Shown in pieces: positions 26,185 through 28,585 of a stretch of DNA of 28,585 nt; the first letter of the stretch is position 1; each line of letters opens with the position of its first letter. Both the position numbers and the translations under genes were made by a program. The notes beneath the pieces are model-generated. The model was given only the letters and a program-made list of their open reading frames with translations, had not been told where the DNA came from and ran no database searches. This DNA is from Candidatus Limnocylindria bacterium (GTDB taxonomy: Bacteria; Chloroflexota; Limnocylindria; QHBO01), in NCBI GenBank assembly GCA_039919135.1, contig JBDSGF010000020.1, forward strand, positions 1 through 28,585, in the 5' to 3' direction.

Positions 26185-27531
26185 CTAGGTTCCGAGGTCG
26201 CGCGAAGCGTTGATGAAAGCTGTGCCGAGGACGCGGGCGACCGTGGGGAAGGCGTGGATCGTATCGGCCAGGGTGGCGAGCGGAATGCGCGACCGAATGG
26301 CGAGCACGCACTCGTGGATGGCCTCCGACACCGCCGGCCCGGCCAAAAAAGCCCCGACCAGCACCCGCGACGAGCGGTCGACCACGATGGTGCAATGGCC
26401 CTGCACCTCGGCGGTGTAGCCCTTGGCGGAGGTGCCGATGTCGACGGTGAACTCGGCGGCGTCGATCCCGCGCTCCTTGGCCTGCTCGAGCAGCAGGCCG
26501 ACCGATGCCGTCTCCGGATCGGTGTAGATGGCGCGCGGGATGGCGTCGAAGACGGGCCGATAGTCATCGCCGAGGGCGATGCGGGCGGCCGCCTCGCCGG
26601 TGTAATGACCCAGATGCGTGTGCAGCTCCGGCCCGGCGATATCGCCCGCGACGTAGACGTTCTCAGCGATTTGCAACCCGTCGTCCGGTACGACCCGGCC
26701 GTCCTTCGGCACAACCCCAACGCTCTCCAGCCCCAGGCCGTCCAACGGGATGTCGCGGCCGATGGCCAGCAGGATCTCGTGCCCCTCGATCGGATCGGCG
26801 TCGCCCAGCTCGACGACATGCGCGCCCTCGGCGCCCTCGCCCGCGCGTACCCGCGAAGCCCGGGCATTGAGCCGCAGCGTCACGCCGTCGCGGTCGAGCG
26901 CTTTGCCCAGAAGGTCGGACGAACGTCGGTGCTCCTTGTCGTGCACGCGGTCGCGCGGGTGGACGAGCGTGACCGGTACGCCGTAGCGGGCGTACACCTG
27001 CGCCAGCTCGACCCCCGTCGGGCCGCCGCCCAGGATCGCCAGTGACCGTGGCAGCTCTCGCGTCGAGGTCCCCTCCACGTTCGTCCACGGATGCGCCTCG
27101 GCCAGGCCGGGGAGGTCGGGCACGCGGCTGACCGAGCCGACGGCCACGATGATGGAACCCGCCTCCAGCTCACGTTCGGCGACGCGCACGCGACCTGGAC
27201 CCACAAGTGTGGCCGAACCGCGGATCACCGTCGCCCCGGCTTCCTCCAGCGACTTCACGTGGCCGGAGTCGTCCGGCGGCCCCTCGCCATGGCGGTTGAT
27301 CATGTAGTCGCGGAAGTCCGACGCCTTGCTCCACGGGTAGTCACCACCACCGTGATGGACCGATGCGGCATGCAGCAACGCCTTCGAGGGCATGCACGCC
27401 CAGAACGGGCACGAGCCGCCAAAGAGAGCGCGATCGATGATCGCCACCGATGCGTCACGCGAGCGCGCGTAGTGCGCTGCGGCCTCTCCGGCCGTGCCGG
27501 CGCCGATGATGACGAGGTCGAATCGGTCCAT
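26185..27531 (-). CDS. Class I pyridine nucleotide-disulfide oxidoreductase (Lpd/MerA-like, atypical), 448 aa
   Basis: DLVIIGAGTAG, GGSCPFWACMPSK redox disulfide, ILGGGPTGVE, VYVAGD, IHAFPT. True start is ATG 27531; the ORF-track N-terminal extension is spurious overlap with hutI. Confidence 0.88.
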   Translation of the reverse strand: MDRFDLVIIGAGTAGEAAAHYARSRDASVAIIDRALFGGSCPFWACMPSKALLHAASVHHGGGDYPWSKASDFRDYMINRHGEGPPDDSGHVKSLEEAGATVIRGSATLVGPGRVRVAERELEAGSIIVAVGSVSRVPDLPGLAEAHPWTNVEGTSTRELPRSLAILGGGPTGVELAQVYARYGVPVTLVHPRDRVHDKEHRRSSDLLGKALDRDGVTLRLNARASRVRAGEGAEGAHVVELGDADPIEGHEILLAIGRDIPLDGLGLESVGVVPKDGRVVPDDGLQIAENVYVAGDIAGPELHTHLGHYTGEAAARIALGDDYRPVFDAIPRAIYTDPETASVGLLLEQAKERGIDAAEFTVDIGTSAKGYTAEVQGHCTIVVDRSSRVLVGAFLAGPAVSEAIHECVLAIRSRIPLATLADTIHAFPTVARVLGTAFINASRDLGT

Positions 27532-27543
27532 GGGCGCATGATA
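27532..27543 (-). promoter_or_regulatory. Putative leaderless promoter of the oxidoreductase
   Basis: TATCAT (27543-27538), 6 nt, ATG (27531), immediately after the hutI stop. Confidence 0.6.
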
Positions 27544-27548
27544 GGGGC

Positions 27549-28585
27549 TCATTCGCGGAGGTCGATCTCCTCGCCGCCGATCCAGATTCGCAACGGCCGG
27601 ACCGCGCCGAGACGAAGGGCGAAGGCGCCCTCGTGATCGGCGTCCCAGGCGACGAGATCGGCGGCCATGCCGACGCCCAGCCCGCCCAGGTCGGGTCGGC
27701 GCAGCGCCGTGGCGCCACCGGCGGTCGCCGCCTTCAGGGCCTCGGTGACGCTCATGCCCAGGAGCGTGGCGCCCAGGCCGATGACCAGCGGCATGGTCCC
27801 GAAGCCGCCATAGGTGCCGGCGTTCGCGTCGCTTGCCAGCGCGACGCTGGCGCCCGCATCCAGCAGTGCGCGCGCGGGGGGCAGCCGGTCGCGCAGCACG
27901 ACGGCCGGTGCCGGCAGCAGCGTGGCGACGGTGGTCGACCCAGCCAGCGCCGTCACCCCGGCTGCGTCCAGCTGTTCCAGGTGGTCGACCGATGCGGCCC
28001 CCAGCCGGACACCGAGCTCCGCCGCCCCCGTTCGCGCCAGTTGCTCCGCGTGCAGGCGCACGCCCAATCCGGCGGCCAGGGCGGCGCGTGCAATACGCTC
28101 GGTAGACCCGAGGTCGAAGAAGCCGGCATCGGCAAAGACGTCCACGAACTCGGCCAGGCCGGTGTCCGCGACCGCCGGGATCATCTCGTCGGCGACGTGC
28201 GCCGCGTAATCCTCCAGCGAGGAAGCCTCGGGCGGCACGGCATGAGCGCCCAGGAAGGTCGTCACCACTCGCACCGGCACCCGCTCCGCGACGCGGCGAA
28301 TGATGCGCAGGTGGCGCAACTCCTCGGCCAGCGACAGGCCGTACCCGGACTTGCACTCGACCGTGGTGGTGCCGGCCGCCAGAGCAGCACGCAGGCGGGC
28401 CTCCACCAGGGCATCCAGGGTGGCGTCATCGGCCGCGCGGGTGGCGCGCACCGTGCGCAGGATGCCTTCGTCGGTGTACGCCGCGCCCTCCAGCCGGTCG
28501 GCGGCCTCGTCGGATCGGTCACCGGCGAAGACGGGGTGGGTGTGGCTGTCGATCAGCCCAGGCGTGAGCAGGGCAGCACCGAGGT
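27549..28585 (-). CDS. hutI: Imidazolonepropionase (5'-partial, runs off the window)
   Basis: Open frame to the window end reads TPGLIDSHTHPVFAGDR..E; also GTTTVECKSGYGL, TFLGAHAVP, DVFAD, LHAEQL, SVDHLE, ASDANAG. Confidence 0.9.
   Translation of the reverse strand, partial: LGAALLTPGLIDSHTHPVFAGDRSDEAADRLEGAAYTDEGILRTVRATRAADDATLDALVEARLRAALAAGTTTVECKSGYGLSLAEELRHLRIIRRVAERVPVRVVTTFLGAHAVPPEASSLEDYAAHVADEMIPAVADTGLAEFVDVFADAGFFDLGSTERIARAALAAGLGVRLHAEQLARTGAAELGVRLGAASVDHLEQLDAAGVTALAGSTTVATLLPAPAVVLRDRLPPARALLDAGASVALASDANAGTYGGFGTMPLVIGLGATLLGMSVTEALKAATAGGATALRRPDLGGLGVGMAADLVAWDADHEGAFALRLGAVRPLRIWIGGEEIDLRE

Noticed and set aside
26185-27531. Mercuric reductase merA
   Set aside because: No C-terminal Cys-Cys pair, no N-terminal metal-binding domain, and no mer genes nearby.
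27532-28356. 275-aa N-terminal extension of the 723-aa ORF
   Set aside because: It is Arg/Gly-rich out-of-frame overlap with hutI. The true start MDRFDL has its own -10 box.

Overview
High-GC bacterial window. Gene style and leaderless promoters suggest Chloroflexota or Actinomycetota; this is an inference. It holds five blocks. (1) 26-8963: a GlcD-like FAD oxidoreductase divergent from a THF-linked C1 operon (NAD-dependent fdh, cyclodeaminase/cyclohydrolase, fhs) that continues into a sarcosine-oxidase-like heterotetramer in the order alpha-gamma-beta-delta, whose alpha subunit keeps two Cys-ligated Fe-S motifs. (2) 9008-18748: a form II (AYRGAGR) Cox/molybdenum hydroxylase operon coxSLM-D-E-F-G, a second divergent XdhC, and moaA. 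(3) 18801-22414: a copper module (CopC-CopD fusion, secreted His1 protein, and an upstream His-rich 4-TM protein ending in an RGPP ribosome-arrest-like motif) plus an internally deleted czcD remnant. (4) 22442-25241: SufS-like desulfurase, TauE and DinB, each with an apparently leaderless promoter. (5) 25320-28585: a frameshifted XRE-HTH/PD-(D/E)xK gene followed by two 32-bp palindromic repeats, an atypical flavin disulfide reductase, and a partial hutI. The best candidate for an undescribed system is a His-based, membrane-embedded, copper-sensing arrest-peptide regulator of a CopCD import operon. All calls come from reading motifs by eye; no database searches were run.
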